This document shows positions 1-18,809 of a stretch of DNA of 64,000 nucleotides, piece by piece. Numbering within the stretch: position 1 is the stretch's first letter; each line of letters starts with the position of its first letter. The notes under the pieces are model-generated. The model made no database searches. It saw only the letters and a list, made by a program, of their open reading frames with translations, and had not been told where the DNA came from. The stretch covers positions 7,812,001 through 7,876,000 of the forward strand of contig OZ024749.1 of assembly GCA_964016885.1 (NCBI GenBank), written 5' to 3'. The position numbers were made by a program, and so were the translations under genes. Source of the DNA: Eledone cirrhosa (lineage: Eukaryota).

Positions 1-268
1 CTGGAAACTTAGCTGAGAATAGACTTCCCTGATGACGAAAGGCTTCTCCGTACGTTTCTTCGGAAAGTATGTTTATTCCCTTTCAGAAACTAAATAGTTT
101 GAGTGAAATTTTAGTAAGTTATTTTTATAATTTTATTATTTTACGTCTCTCATATTATTGTTCTGCATCCCCATGCATTGAACCACAACGTTACTAAGAC
201 AAAACCTATATATTTGCTAGCATAAGTATGCATATGTGTGTATATATGTTACTAGATATACTAATTGT

Positions 269-269
269 T

Positions 270-308
<39 letters not shown>

Positions 309-316
309 ATACATAT

Positions 317-363
<47 letters not shown>

Positions 364-420
364 CATATATACATATATACATACATATATACATATATAC
401 ATACATATATACATATATAC

Positions 421-454
<34 letters not shown>

Positions 455-642
455 ACATACATATATATATATACATACATATATATATACATACATATAT
501 ATATATACATACATATATATATATACATACATATATATATATATATACATACATATATATATATACATACATATATATATATACATACATATATATATAT
601 ACATACATATATACATATACATACATATATATATATACATAC

Positions 643-691
<49 letters not shown>

Positions 692-744
692 CATACATAT
701 ATATATACATACATATATATATATACATACATATATATATATAC

Positions 745-781
<37 letters not shown>

Positions 782-796
782 CATACATATATATAC

Positions 797-891
<95 letters not shown>

Positions 892-936
892 AATATATAC
901 ATATATATATATAAATATATACATATATATATATAA

Positions 937-1015
<79 letters not shown>
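269..1015. repeat. (TA)n microsatellite with TACA interruptions
   Basis: Direct reading; the YI/HI-rich ORFs here are artefacts of the repeat. Confidence 0.98.
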
Positions 1016-3615
1016 GGTAGGATAGAAGAGGTCCTTGACAAACTGGACCAGGGTCTCAACATCCTACTGCTGGGAGACTTCAACCTACCAAAGGTCAAAT
1101 GGCCTGAGGGCCACCTCCTCCCTGGAATGACGTCAATAGAACAGAGACAGACGGAATCCCTGCTGGCCCTCACACACAGGCTGTTCATGGAGCAAGCAAT
1201 ACTCCTCCCAACAAGAGGCGAACATGTCCTGGACCTCTGTTTTACAAACAACGAAGTGCTCATCCACAATGTAAAGGTGACACCAACAATTCTCTCGGAT
1301 CATAACTTGGTAGAGCTAATGATATGTGGTCCAAGAGAACCAACAGAGACAAAACCACCAAGAAGCTCCGGGACGCTATCCAGCCTTAACTTCTACGGGG
1401 CTGACTGGAAGAAGATTAAGAGTGAAATCCGGAAGCAAACATGGAGTGCAAACATCGCCACACAAGACACTAACACACAATTTCAACACTTCATGACAAC
1501 GATACACACCATATGCAAAAAGTGTGTCCCGGAGAAAGAGGCAACAGACACAAAAATCTTATTCCCAGAGATAGGAAAATCCTTATGAGACGTAGAACTA
1601 AACTCTCAAACCAGTTGAATAGTCAACAAAACCAAAACAAGAAGGAATCCTATTTGAAACGTGCACTACTTGACACCGAGATTGCACTCAAGCTTTCACA
1701 TGAGAATGAGAGGGCAAGGAAAGCGAACAGGGCCATAGAAAACATTAAAACAAACCCTAAGGCCTTCTTTAAATTTGCAAAAGAAACTGCCTCAGTACAC
1801 TGCAAGATTGGACCACTCTTCCACACGGACGGTTCATTAACCGAAAATCCCCAAGAGATATGTGAAATACTGAACGAACAGTACAAAAGTGTCTTCACAT
1901 GTCCACTGAGGCACATGCAAATAACGAAGCCAGAGGAGTTCTTTGATGCCACAACACTACATCAAGAAATGGCAACCATCAACCACATAGACATAACGGA
2001 GGAGGATGTGGTGTACGCCATTGATGAAATTAGAACAGACTCGGCTGCTGGACCTGATGGATTCCCAGCAGTTCTCCTAAAAATATGTAAGCGGGCCTTA
2101 GCAACTCCACTGAAGATGCTCTTCAGAAGCTCCTTGGCTAGCGGTGTACTACCCAGGGAGCTGAAAGAAGGCACAATATGCCCTATCCATAAAGGAGGTA
2201 GTAGAGCGGAGGCCAAGAACTATAGGCCAGTCTCCCGGACGTCGCATATCAGTAAGGTCATGGAGCGAGTCGTCAGAAAGAAACTAATCACTTTGCTCGA
2301 AGAAAATGACCGCCTGACTAGCACGCAACATGGCTTCCGCCCAGGAAGAAGCTGCCTTACACAGCTGCTACATCACTACGACTGGGTACTGAGACAACTA
2401 CTAGACAGCTCACATGTAGACGTGATATATCTTGACTTTGCGAAGGCCTTTGACAAGCTCGACCACGGAATGATATGTCACAAACTACACGGACTCGGCA
2501 TAACTGGAAAAGTAGGTGAGTGGCTGTATGGCTTCCTAAGGGACAGAAGCCAGGCAGTCGCAGCAAATGGGGCCCTCTCGAGGGAAACACCGATAACAAG
2601 TGGGGTGCCTCAGGGGACAGTCCTGGGGCCACTACTGTTTTTGGTGGCTCTCTCGGACATGCCCTCTGTGGTGCATGCAACAACATCCCTCACTAGCTAT
2701 GCTGATGACACTAAGGTAGCACAGGCAATCAAAAACCCGGCTGACGCTGCCCTCTTACAGCAGGATCTGGATGCCATATACAGATGGGCCGAAGAAAACA
2801 ACATGCAGTTTAATGCTGGCAAATTCCAAGCCCTACAATACAAACCTGCAAACACAAACACAAATATAGCGGAACACAGCTACACAGGACCAGGAGGGAC
2901 CGATATCCCCGTGTCAAAATCGATACGAGACCTGGGCATAGACATGAGCGATGATGCATCTTTTTCTTCACACATCATGAAGGTGGCGACAGCATGTTGA
3001 CGATTCGCTGGCTGGATCTTGAGGACTTTCATTACAAGAGATCGAGACACCATGTTGACACTGTGGAGGACTTTTGTCCTAAGCCGCCTGGACTACTGCT
3101 CCCATCTGTGGTCACCCCATAGTGTCAAACTAACCACTGAGCTTGAGGCAATCCAGCGAAGCTACACGAAGAGGATTGCCAAGATGAGGGAGACAAGCTA
3201 CTGGGAGAGGCTGAAGGAACTGAACCTCTACTCCTTGGAGCGAAGACGGGAGAGATACGCAGTGATCTACATGTGGAAAATCCTGGAGGGACTAGCACCA
3301 AACTTTGGAATTGGGAGCTGGACCAACCGTCGAACAGGACGTCACTGTGTAGTGCCAAAGTTCCCGTCTTCCACATCTAGAATAAGGAGCAGGTATTGCA
3401 ATAGCCTGGGATTCAAGGGCCCTCAACTCTTCAACAGGCTACCGAGGCATCTGCGAGACTTGCATGACGTGGAGGTGGATGTCTTTAAGAAACATCTCGA
3501 CACCTTGTTATCCAGGATCCCGGATGAGCCCACAGCAAGACACGAGGGAAACCTAAGGGCAGCAGCAACAAACTCCCTCCTACACCAGTGGCCAACCTAT
3601 ACAGGCTGGAGATAA
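1016..3615 (+). pseudogene. Disrupted APE-RT ORF2 of LINE family 1
   Basis: ORFs 1127-1588, 1513-3000 and 3019-3615 are collinear. There is a frameshift near 1540 and an in-frame TGA at 2998-3000 (likely CGA>TGA). Confidence 0.9.
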
Positions 3616-3690
3616 AATGTGTAGCAACAAGGGCGGTGCCCCAGCATGGCCTCAGCCGGATGGCTGAAACAGGTAAAAGAGTAAAAGAGT
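1016..3690 (+). mobile_element. 5'-truncated CR1-group LINE (family 1): ORF2 from late APE endonuclease through RT, plus 3' UTR
   Basis: LLGDFNLP and LDLCFTN..SDHNLV (APE); [39 protein letters not shown] (RT); C-terminal LYSLERRRERY and PDEP. The tail is GTAAAAGA repeats running into (TA)n. Confidence 0.93.
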
Positions 3691-4023
3691 ATATATATGT
3701 ATGTTTATATATATATATGTATGTTTATATATATGTATGTATATATATAATATATGTATGTTTATATATATATATGTATGTTTATATATATATATGTATG
3801 TATATATATATATGTATGTATATATATATATGTATGTATATATATATATATGTATGTATATATATATATTTTTATGTGTATATATATATATGTATGTATA
3901 TATATATATACATACATATATATGTATATATATATACATACATACATAAATATATATGTATGTATGTATGTATATATATATGTGGATGTACATGTATACA
4001 TACATATATATATACATACATAA

Positions 4024-4054
<31 letters not shown>

Positions 4055-4128
4055 CATATATATATATATACATACATATATATATACATATATATATACC
4101 ATATATATATACATACATATATATATAC

Positions 4129-4159
<31 letters not shown>

Positions 4160-4333
4160 CATACATATATATATATACATACATATATATATATACATAC
4201 ATATATATATATACATACATATATATATACATATATATATATATATACATATATACATACATGCATATATATATACATACATATATATATATACATACAT
4301 ACATATATATATATACATATATATATATACATA

Positions 4334-4374
<41 letters not shown>

Positions 4375-4377
4375 ATA
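3690..4377. repeat. (TA)n array with TATG then TACA variants
   Basis: Direct reading. Confidence 0.97.
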
Positions 4378-4601
4378 CAATTCAGGATTTGGGCACCATG
4401 GCCATTCGAGAAGAGAATTACTGTTTGCGGAGACATATCCGGGTGTGGGTGGTTTGTCCGGGATTACTTGGAGGAATTTGTCCAAAGACTTCTTGAATTT
4501 TGTGTGGTCAGTTTCTGTTTTGACGTGTCCTGGTGTGATGTTGAAGAGAGCAGGGCCGATTGAGGTGAAATAATTGTGCCGTATTGTTGTTATGAGTTGC
4601 G
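4378..4601 (-). mobile_element. Fragment of the ORF2 C-terminus of CR1-group LINE family 2
   Basis: Near-identical to 18895-19120; encodes [29 protein letters not shown]. Confidence 0.92.
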
Positions 4602-6284
<1,683 letters not shown>

Positions 6285-6378
6285 TAGAGAATCGTAAAAG
6301 CACATAACGTTATATGCTTTTTCTATGAAAATTAGTAGTGGGCAGACTAATTTGCATAGAAAGGCCGGAAGATAGGTA

Positions 6379-6423
6379 AATATTGCTGATGAGATGTAAC
6401 AACATCGAAACTAGTTCAATATT
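6379..6423 (+). ncRNA. Type I hammerhead ribozyme (intact core)
   Basis: AATATTG-CTGATGA-GATGT-AACA-ACATC-GAA-ACTAGT-T-CAATATT: 7-bp helix I, 5-bp helix II, palindromic helix III, GUU site. Confidence 0.88.
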
Positions 6424-6657
6424 CCTTGTCTGGCTTTCTGGAGAATAGAGGAAATGTGTTTCCTCAAAAACCAGTATGACTCTAAAAACCGGTTTGTCTG
6501 TGTGTTTACATACAGAATAGCTGGACACTCACAGTAAAGTGACCAGTGAAAAACTCGGTACATCTACATATGTATACGTGTGTGTATTCATATGCATACT
6601 AGTATTTCAGTATACATATGTGGATGTACATTTTTAACTTAATTATATATATATACA

Positions 6658-6883
6658 TTTAGCAGTATTAGTTGTAGATGTTATCGAGATGCAAGTGACA
6701 TAATACCAGCAGAAATTAGAGATGAAATATACGTTTATTTTTTGTTGTAGCACAAACAATGGTGTTGTACAGAGGCTGGTATCTGGCGTGTGATCTGTCG
6801 GCTTTCCAGTGGCTGTCTGTCTTTTTTTTCTGTCGTGCTCAACCGGCGTTGTTCTATCAAAGAGCGTGAGGTGTCTTACTACA
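6658..6883 (-). repeat. 3' LTR
   Basis: Direct repeat of 11939-12164 with 9 substitutions by manual alignment. Confidence 0.95.
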
Positions 6884-7112
6884 GTACCTCGAGCCAGATT
6901 TTCAAATTATTGAAAATCGATGTCATTACTCACATGTGGAGTAAGATGGCGAACAATGCAACAAGGGGGAGCTATCCGCTCTAGCAAAAATTGAATCCAG
7001 AATAAGGATTTGAAAAATGTTAAAAAAAAAAACCGACATGCATGCATAAAAAAAACAAGACAAAGGAATAGCAGAAACACAGAGGCAAAAAAAAAGGTGC
7101 AGCTAACATAGT

Positions 7113-10100
7113 CTAAATATAGACGGTGCTGCACAGTTTTTTGGGCCAGTGGACCCTACGACCTGAACGGGTTGTGGTCTTGTAACGTGGCGATGGTGGT
7201 GGTGTAGGGACAGGCGATGATGGTGGATCAGGAACCGTCGTTCGCTCAACAGGCAAATACGAAGGGGTTCGTGGATCAGGAACCACAGCGTCCGTATCAA
7301 GGTGCGCCTGCTTAAGCCTGTCTAATGTAACTGTCACCCTGGACCCCTTAATATCTAACGTGAAATGCTTAGCCGTGCGCGCTAAGACACGGTAAGGTCC
7401 AGTGTAAGGCTGTGTGAGCGGGGGCTTCACCGTATCATTCCTTACAAAGACATGCGTCCACGAGGCAATATCCCTCGGGACAGCAGTCTTGACAGATTGT
7501 TTCCTAGTGTCCATTGGCGGCAAATCCTGGAAATAGGAGCACAAACGGGACACGTAGGAAGCGTGATCTTGGGCATCAAGATCGATAGGGGCAAGCATTT
7601 GCCCGGGCAACGTCAGAGGGGCACCGTACAGTACTTCGGCCGGTGAAAATCCAAAGTCGACCTTCACCGTTGACCGAATCCCTAGTAGCACAATAGGGAG
7701 GTACTCGCTCCAATGCGCCGAGTCCATTGAGGCCATTAAGGAGGCCTTCAGTTGGCGGTGAAAACGCTCCACCATACCATTCGAAGCGGGATGGTATGCC
7801 GTAGTTCGAATGCGTTTAGCACCAATTATTTTTGACAGCTCGAGGAAAAGGCTCAACTCGAACTGTCGTCCACGGTCGGTAGTTATTGTGGATGGAACTC
7901 CATAACGAGAGATCCATCCAGACACAAGAGCACGTGCTGTTGTCTCCGCGGTGATGTTTTTCAAGGGGATGGCCTCAGGCCATCTCGAAAAACGGTCAAT
8001 GACGGTAAGTAGATAAGAAAAACCATCGCTGACAGGCCAAGGTCCCACTATGTCAATATGAATATGCGAAAAACGCGCATCTGGGTTAGCAAAGGTACCC
8101 AGGGGAGCCTTGACGTGTCAATGGACCTTTGATCTCTGGCAAGCGACGCAGGAACGGCACCAAGCAGCAATTTCACGCCTCATATTTGGCCAGAAAAATC
8201 TAGCTGATATGAGCTTTGCTGTGGCAGAAGATCCTGGATGCGAGATACAATGTAATCCCAGAAACACGGTCCGACGATGATTCTCTGGAACGAAGGGCCT
8301 AGGCACGTCCAAAGAGACGTCGCAGAGAATTTGGCCAACTGCAGTCGACAGAGGCAAGTATTTCATCTCGCAATTCGCAAACTCAGGCGATGTGACATCC
8401 AATGACTCAAGGGGAGGCTGATCCGCAGCCAAACGAGTCAGATCTATGTCAGAGGGTGACGAGATCGCTGTCACGGGTAAGCGGGACAAAGCATCGGCCG
8501 CTGTATTTAGTGAAGCCGGAATGTGCTGGATATCACTCGTATATTGCGAGATGAAATCAAGGTGTCTCGTCTCTCTGGGCGAATATTTATCCGCCTTCGC
8601 TCTCAAAGCAAAAGTCAATGGTTTATGGTCAGTGAGGATAGTAAATTGTCTACCCTCTAGCACATGTGAAAAATGTTTCACGGCCAAATAGATGGCTAAA
8701 AGCTCTCTTCCAAAGGTGCTGTAGCGCGTCTCAGCAGGATTTAGCTTTTTGGAAAAAAACTCCAGCGGTTGCTGGTAACCATTGAAGTTTTGCTGTAGTA
8801 CTGCGCCCACAGCGATATCCGATGCATCAACACAAAGCGTTAGCTTTGCACCGGGTACCGGATGAGTCAGTAACGAAGCATTAGCCAAAACAGTTTTGGC
8901 GTGCTGAAAATCAGCAAGTTGAGTGTCTGTCAAAGAAATATCTTTGTTCTTCCTCCGACAATTTTTCAAAATTTCTGTCAGGGAGAAGAGCAACTTGGCA
9001 CAATTTGGCACGAAACGCCTATAAAAGTTAACCAGACCTAAGAACTGGCGTAACTGACGTAGTGAGGTCTGTGGAGGCAAATCCTCTATGACCTTAACTC
9101 GCTCAGGCCGGGGTCGAATTCCGTCAGCATCGATGACGTGACCCAAGAAAGTCAGTGACTCAGCGCCAAAAACACATTTGGGTGCATTAAGCTGCACGTT
9201 ATACGCCTTCAATCGGCGGAAAAGAAGATTCAAATGGTGCGTATGCTGCTCTGGAGAAGAACTAGCAATGAGCAGATCGTCAATATAGGTATAGACGAAA
9301 TCGAGGCCGCGAGTAACCTCATCCATAAACCGCTGAAAAGTACTAGCAGCATTCCTTAATCCGAACGGCATAGTCAAAAACTCGAAAGACCCAAATGGCG
9401 TAACTATAGCCGTTTTTGGAATGTCACTTTTATGGACAGGAATTTGATGGTACGCACGAATTAAATCCAGTTTGGAGAATATCTTGCATCCCTGCAACGA
9501 AGACGCAAAGTCTTGCAGATGAGGGATAGGATAACGGTCCGGTACCGTTATCGAATTCAGGCGTCGATAATCTCCAGTAGGTCTCCAATCGCCATTCGCT
9601 TTCGGTACCATGTGTAATGGGGACGCCCACGGGCTCGTGGACGGACGAATAATCCCCATTTGCAGCATATGATCAAATTCTGATCGTGCTGCTTTGAGTT
9701 TGTCCGGAGGCAAGCGACGAGGGCGAGAGAAAACGGGAGCACCAGTTGTAGATATGAAGTGCTCCGTGGTATGAGTAGGTTCATCAAATCGAAAATTCCC
9801 CTGTGTCAGTTGCGGGAACGAGTTCAACAACGCATGGAAAGGATCACCGGTGTTAGCAAGAAAAAATATCGGGCTAACCGTTGGGACTCCTGCTGCCTTG
9901 CCAACAACAGTTAATCCCGTGATGCCATCAATTAGGCGTTTACCACGAAGGTCCACCGTCAATGAAAAATGGTGGAGAAAATCCGCGCCTAGAATCGGAT
10001 ACGGCAAGGCAGCGACAGTAAATATCCATTTAAACTCGCGCCGCAGATTACGAAACTGCAAAGGTAACGAGATTTGTCCGAAAGTTCAAATCGGCGAACA

Positions 10101-10304
10101 ATTTACTGCTTGCAACTCAATAGGCGTCTCAGGGGGAGTCTCCTTCATACAACACACAGGCCATACGGAACAAGCTGCACCTGTGTCAACCAGAAAAGCT
10201 CTACCTGACAGCAGGTCCTCAATGAAAAAGTGGCGGTTAGATGTTTCGCAGAGCGCACTATCCGCCGTTAGTGACTCTGGTCGTCTTTTCCCTCGTAAGC
10301 ACAA
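7113..10304 (-). pseudogene. pol: pol: protease, RT, RNase H, integrase; two in-frame stops
   Basis: FLVDTGAA; [21 protein letters not shown]; DASD..RELLAI; HPG..C..C; [22 protein letters not shown]; GPY. TGA stops at 10086-10088 and 8118-8120. Confidence 0.95.
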
Positions 10305-11046
10305 GGAGGCCTACAACGGGCGGCTTTCTTACCATATCTTTCATGGTAATAACAATATGTTGTTCCTGGTGTGTTGGAAGGGCCACGGTGGCGAGAAGTT
10401 GAATAACGTCGAGAACGGCTCCTCTGCTGTCCAAAGGAACTGAATTCCGTGCACAACTCCGCCATTTGACGAGTCATGGCTTCCATAGTGGTGATTAATT
10501 TGTCATCAGACGCTGATGAGCGTGATTGAGGAAGAGAAGAGGAAGCAACGTACTTTGGCTTCGAAGTGTCTCTCTTCGTCACCTCTACAATTTTGTCAGC
10601 AGAGACAGCAATGTGATCCAGGGTATTCACCTCTAGCATATGGGCTAGGATCGCCTGTACCTCTTGAGGTAGGCGAGAGAAGAACAATTGCTTCAGTAAA
10701 GGGCTATCCTGATCTTGGGAGCGCTCAAATCCCGCAAATGCCGGAGAAAAGCGGTTGGGGTCCTGTCACCTAATCGTTCGTCCTCGATCAGTGACCGAAA
10801 ACGACTCTCTACCGACTTACAATTCCTCCTCAAAATCTCGCCCTTCAAAAACTCATACGTCAAGTCAAAGGGGGGGGGGTCTGTAATTAGGTATTGGACC
10901 GAATCTGCTAGATTAGGGGGAAGGCCGCTAATCAGTACAGCGAGGCGCTGGTCAGATTCGGTCTTACAGACCGTAAAATACGCCTGTAACTGGGCAAACC
11001 ACATTTTAGGTTTTCCAGTAAAGGCGGGCAAATGTGGTACATTCAT
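10268..11046 (-). pseudogene. gag: gag (frameshifted near 10720)
   Basis: LPAFTGKPKMWFAQLQAYF, LGDRTPTAFLRHLR, FFSRLPQEVQAIL, CYYHERYGKKAARCRPPC. Confidence 0.88.
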
Positions 11047-11922
11047 GTCAACTTTTAAAATCAAAACAAATATATACATATATATCGAAAGAGCAATTAA
11101 TGCACCCTTGTACAGTGAAAAGAGAACAGCCAATATTGAGAAAAAGTTAACGGGCAAAAAGAAACCGACATTCAAAACATAAGGAAATATTCAAAATACA
11201 TAAAATACAGATATATATCTTTTAAAAAAAAATGTTTCTTTCAACGTCTGTCCCCTCGCGTTGCTTCAACGAACCAGCCAAATCAAATAAGGTAAAAAAG
11301 AGGAAGAAAAAAAATGTTGTTTTTTTTTTTAAATATATCCGCGTTGGATATCAACAAAGGTAGCCAGTGGCTAAAAATCCCTTAGAAAAAGGTAAGGCAT
11401 GTATATCCCCATGCGGGGCAGTTATGTTCACAAAAAAAAGTTTAGTCTCTTCTCTCTTGATCAGTCATGGAACACACACGCAATTCAAAATATGTGTCCG
11501 TCACAAAACTGGGAAGGAACGCAACGCCACCTTGGAAAAATACACTTTTTCTTTTTTCTTCTGTAAGTTGCGAAAAAGTTGGCAACGGAAATGGAATATT
11601 CAAGTGAATAAAAAAAAGTTGCTCTAAATTATCGACACGAATGAATCGTTTTGATATTTCCGATGTGTGGTGGTTTGCGTCGGTAAGGATATGAAGCTGC
11701 CACTCACTATTCCCTGTTTTGGTCAGGGGTTAAACAATGTTGTCGCTGCTGATGCTGCTGTCGTTGTTGTTGTCGATTGTAGCAAAAAATCTTTTGAAAT
11801 ACTACTAACTTTTCGATAATTTTAAAAGGAATATTTTTTATTTTCACAAGTTGCAAAAAAAAAAGGCCGACAATGTGGCAATAAAAGTTCAATTGATGAA
11901 AAAGAAGGGCTGCGTTAAATTC

Positions 11923-11937
11923 TTACGTCGGTCGCCA
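11923..11937 (-). promoter_or_regulatory. Primer binding site TGGCGACCGACGTAA (degenerate tRNA-Trp-like, or tRNA-Arg-like)
   Basis: TGG starts 1 nt inside the 5' LTR boundary. Confidence 0.7.
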
Positions 11938-11938
11938 C

Positions 11939-12164
11939 TTTAGCAGTATTAGTTGTAGATGTTATCGAGATGCGAGTGACATAATAACAGCAGAAATTAG
12001 AGATGAAATATACGTTTATTTTTTGTTATAGCACAAACAATGGTGTTGTACAGAGGCTGGTATCTGGCGTGTGATCCGTCGGCTTTCCAGTGGCTGTCTG
12101 TCTTTTCTTTCTGGCGTTCTCAACCGGCGTTGTTCTATCAAGGAGCGTGAGGCGTCTTACTACA
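11939..12164 (-). repeat. 5' LTR
   Basis: Begins TGTAGTAAG on the minus strand, contains AATAAA and is followed by the PBS. Confidence 0.95.
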
Positions 12165-12211
12165 TACATATATATATATATATATATACATAAATATATA
12201 TATATATATAT

Positions 12212-16490
<4,279 letters not shown>

Positions 16491-16498
16491 CACATATA

Positions 16499-16910
16499 TA
16501 TGGTGGCTGCCAACTCGTTTTCGAGTATGGCCACTACTTTATATCCATGTAGGAGAACCCCTACCGATGCGCTGAACGACTGTGTCATTTTAGTCCAGCC
16601 AGCGACTTGAAAACTCTGGTACAAACACTACACTTGTGACAATTATTGACACATAGTGCTGGGCCCATGGTACCATGTGACGACAAGTGCAGAAAGATCT
16701 CCAGATATAAAGCAATGCCTGTGCCGTGAAGCTTTTATAGTGAGCAAAGGCACTGCACAAAGCCAGTCCCACTCTCTTAACCAAGATGATATTTACCAAA
16801 AAGAAGAACAAGTCAACATCATTGGATACCATCAGGGTTGCAGGTGTTATATCAGAGTTTTCCTTCTCCTAGAATTCTGCCTTGACAAAGGCTAAGGGGT
16901 CATCTCTCCC
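16499..16910 (-). mobile_element. Non-coding interspersed element with an RTE 5'-UTR-like motif (partial copy)
   Basis: Highly similar to 56106-56516; contains CTAGGAGAAGGAAAACTCTG on the minus strand. Confidence 0.75.
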
Positions 16911-17051
16911 ATATATATATATATATACATATATACACATACATACACATATATATATATATATACATACATACACATGCACACATATATATATATATAC
17001 ATACATATACATATAGATACATATATGTATATATATATATATATACAATAT

Positions 17052-17445
17052 CATGAGCAGGCTACTCTCAATTCCAGTTTATGACGGTGTCAGGGAAAAT
17101 CCGACAGAGTGTAATTACGGCGATGCCATGTATAAGAGACTATTGTTGATAAATGACGATGTTAAAATATATTGAATGATTTAGTCTCTGAACGTTTAAG
17201 ACTTCAGTATTTCGAGGATATTGCTTTTATTATTTCTCTTAAAAAATTTCTTTTAACTTTCTGATACTATTTCTAATGCAAAGGACAGATCGGTTTATGC
17301 TTGAAGTTTTCGAAATCGATTTTATATCTGTCTGTATGGTTCAGTAGTTATAGTTCAGATCTATTTATAATATTTACACTTCCAATCACAATATTGGCAA
17401 TCAGTTCACTCGTTGTTAATGCGGTCGGTCTTAGAGTTAAATATG
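17052..17445 (-). pseudogene. Possible decayed Penelope GIY-YIG C-terminal remnant
   Basis: Manual translation gives YKIDFENFK and NILEILKS, with stops. Confidence 0.3.
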
Positions 17446-17569
17446 TGTATACATACATATGTATATATGTGTATATATCCGTGTGTGCATGTGGGTGTAT
17501 GTGAATGTATATATCACTATATTATATACAGCCAGTATATGGTCAAGGATATATATATATATATATATA

Positions 17570-17961
17570 TCGGTTTTTAATTTGTTTTGCAAGATTTCAT
17601 CTCGGAAAACGTGTGTTGAAACAGATATTGTTATTCTTTGGGAGGGTTATGCTGCCAATACGAAACACAAGCACCTGTTGCTTTTCACTTCAATTTATTA
17701 TGAATTTCCAGTCGGTTGGTAGGCTGGATAACTGGATGGTTGTTTATATATTGTCAAACCTCCTTCGTCACACATTCTGTAACTTCCTCAGTGACTAGGT
17801 TTTTATTTTGTTTCCCTTTTGATCTGTCCCACAGCATCTTGATTTTGTGTCACGAAAGAGATTTGACAATATATAAACAATCATCTTGTTATCGAACCAA
17901 CCAAACTGAAACTTATAATATATTGAAGTGAAAATCAACGGGTGAGTTTGTTTTTATTGGC
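17570..17961 (-). mobile_element. Diverged family A fold-back copy with decayed HHR
   Basis: Homologous to 15311-15630, with an inverted arm at ~17850-17960. Confidence 0.75.
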
Positions 17962-17962
17962 G

Positions 17963-18050
17963 GTATGTATGTATGTATGTATGTATGTATGTATGTATGT
18001 ATGTATGTATGTATGTATGTATGTATGTATGTATGTATGTATGTATGTAT
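17963..18050. repeat. (TATG)n tetranucleotide; a second tract lies at ~18566-18726
   Basis: Direct reading. Confidence 0.95.
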
Positions 18051-18159
18051 GTATATGTATATGTATGTATATATATGTATATGTATGTATATATATATGT
18101 ATATATATATGTATATATATGTACATATATATGTATATATATTGTAGATATATGTATGT

Positions 18160-18485
18160 ATATTGTTATGCTTTGGGAGTGTCATGTTGCCAATAAGAAA
18201 CACACGCACCAGTTGTTTCACGTCAATTTATTATAATAAATTTATAAGTTTCTGGTTGGTTGGTTGATTCCACAACCAGATAGTTGTTTATATATAGTCA
18301 TAGTTCCACAACCAGATAGTTGTTTATATATAGTCATAGTTCTTTCGTCACACACTCTGTGACCTCTTCAGTGACTGGGGATTCCCTCTTTGTTTCTATG
18401 CCTCTCCTTTGTTCTATCCTACAATATCGGTTTCAACACACGATTTCAGATAAAGAATCTTGCTAAACAAATTCAGAAACGAAAT
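18160..18485 (-). mobile_element. Family A copy with internal duplication and inverted terminus
   Basis: Homologous to 15368-15620; 18420-18485 is the reverse complement of 15311-15374. Confidence 0.8.
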
Positions 18486-18525
18486 ATGTATGTATATATA
18501 TATGTATATATATTGTATATATATG

Positions 18526-18595
<70 letters not shown>

Positions 18596-18809
18596 TGTAT
18601 GTATGTATGTATGTATGTATGTATGTATGTATGTATGTATGTATGTATGTATGTATGTATGTATGTATGTATGTATGTATGTATGTATGTATGTATGTAT
18701 GTATGTATGTATGTATGTATGTATGTATATATATGTATGTATGTATGTATATATATATATATGTATGTATATATATATATATATGTATGTATGTATATAT
18801 ATATATGTA

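Larger units (their letters stand above)
6658..12164 (-). mobile_element. Full-length decayed Ty3/Gypsy LTR retrotransposon, CsRn1-like clade
   Basis: Two 226-bp LTRs; TACA TSD (6654-6657 and 12165-12168); gag with a CX2HX9CX3C motif; PR-RT-RH-IN domain order. Confidence 0.95.

Noticed and set aside
25-90. CTGATGA-C-GAAA hammerhead-like core at the window start
   Set aside because: No helix II and no pairing for helix I.
16590-16895. Conserved 79-80 aa ORFs repeated at 56196-56501
   Set aside because: Non-ATG starts; conservation is explained by recent copying of a non-coding repeat.
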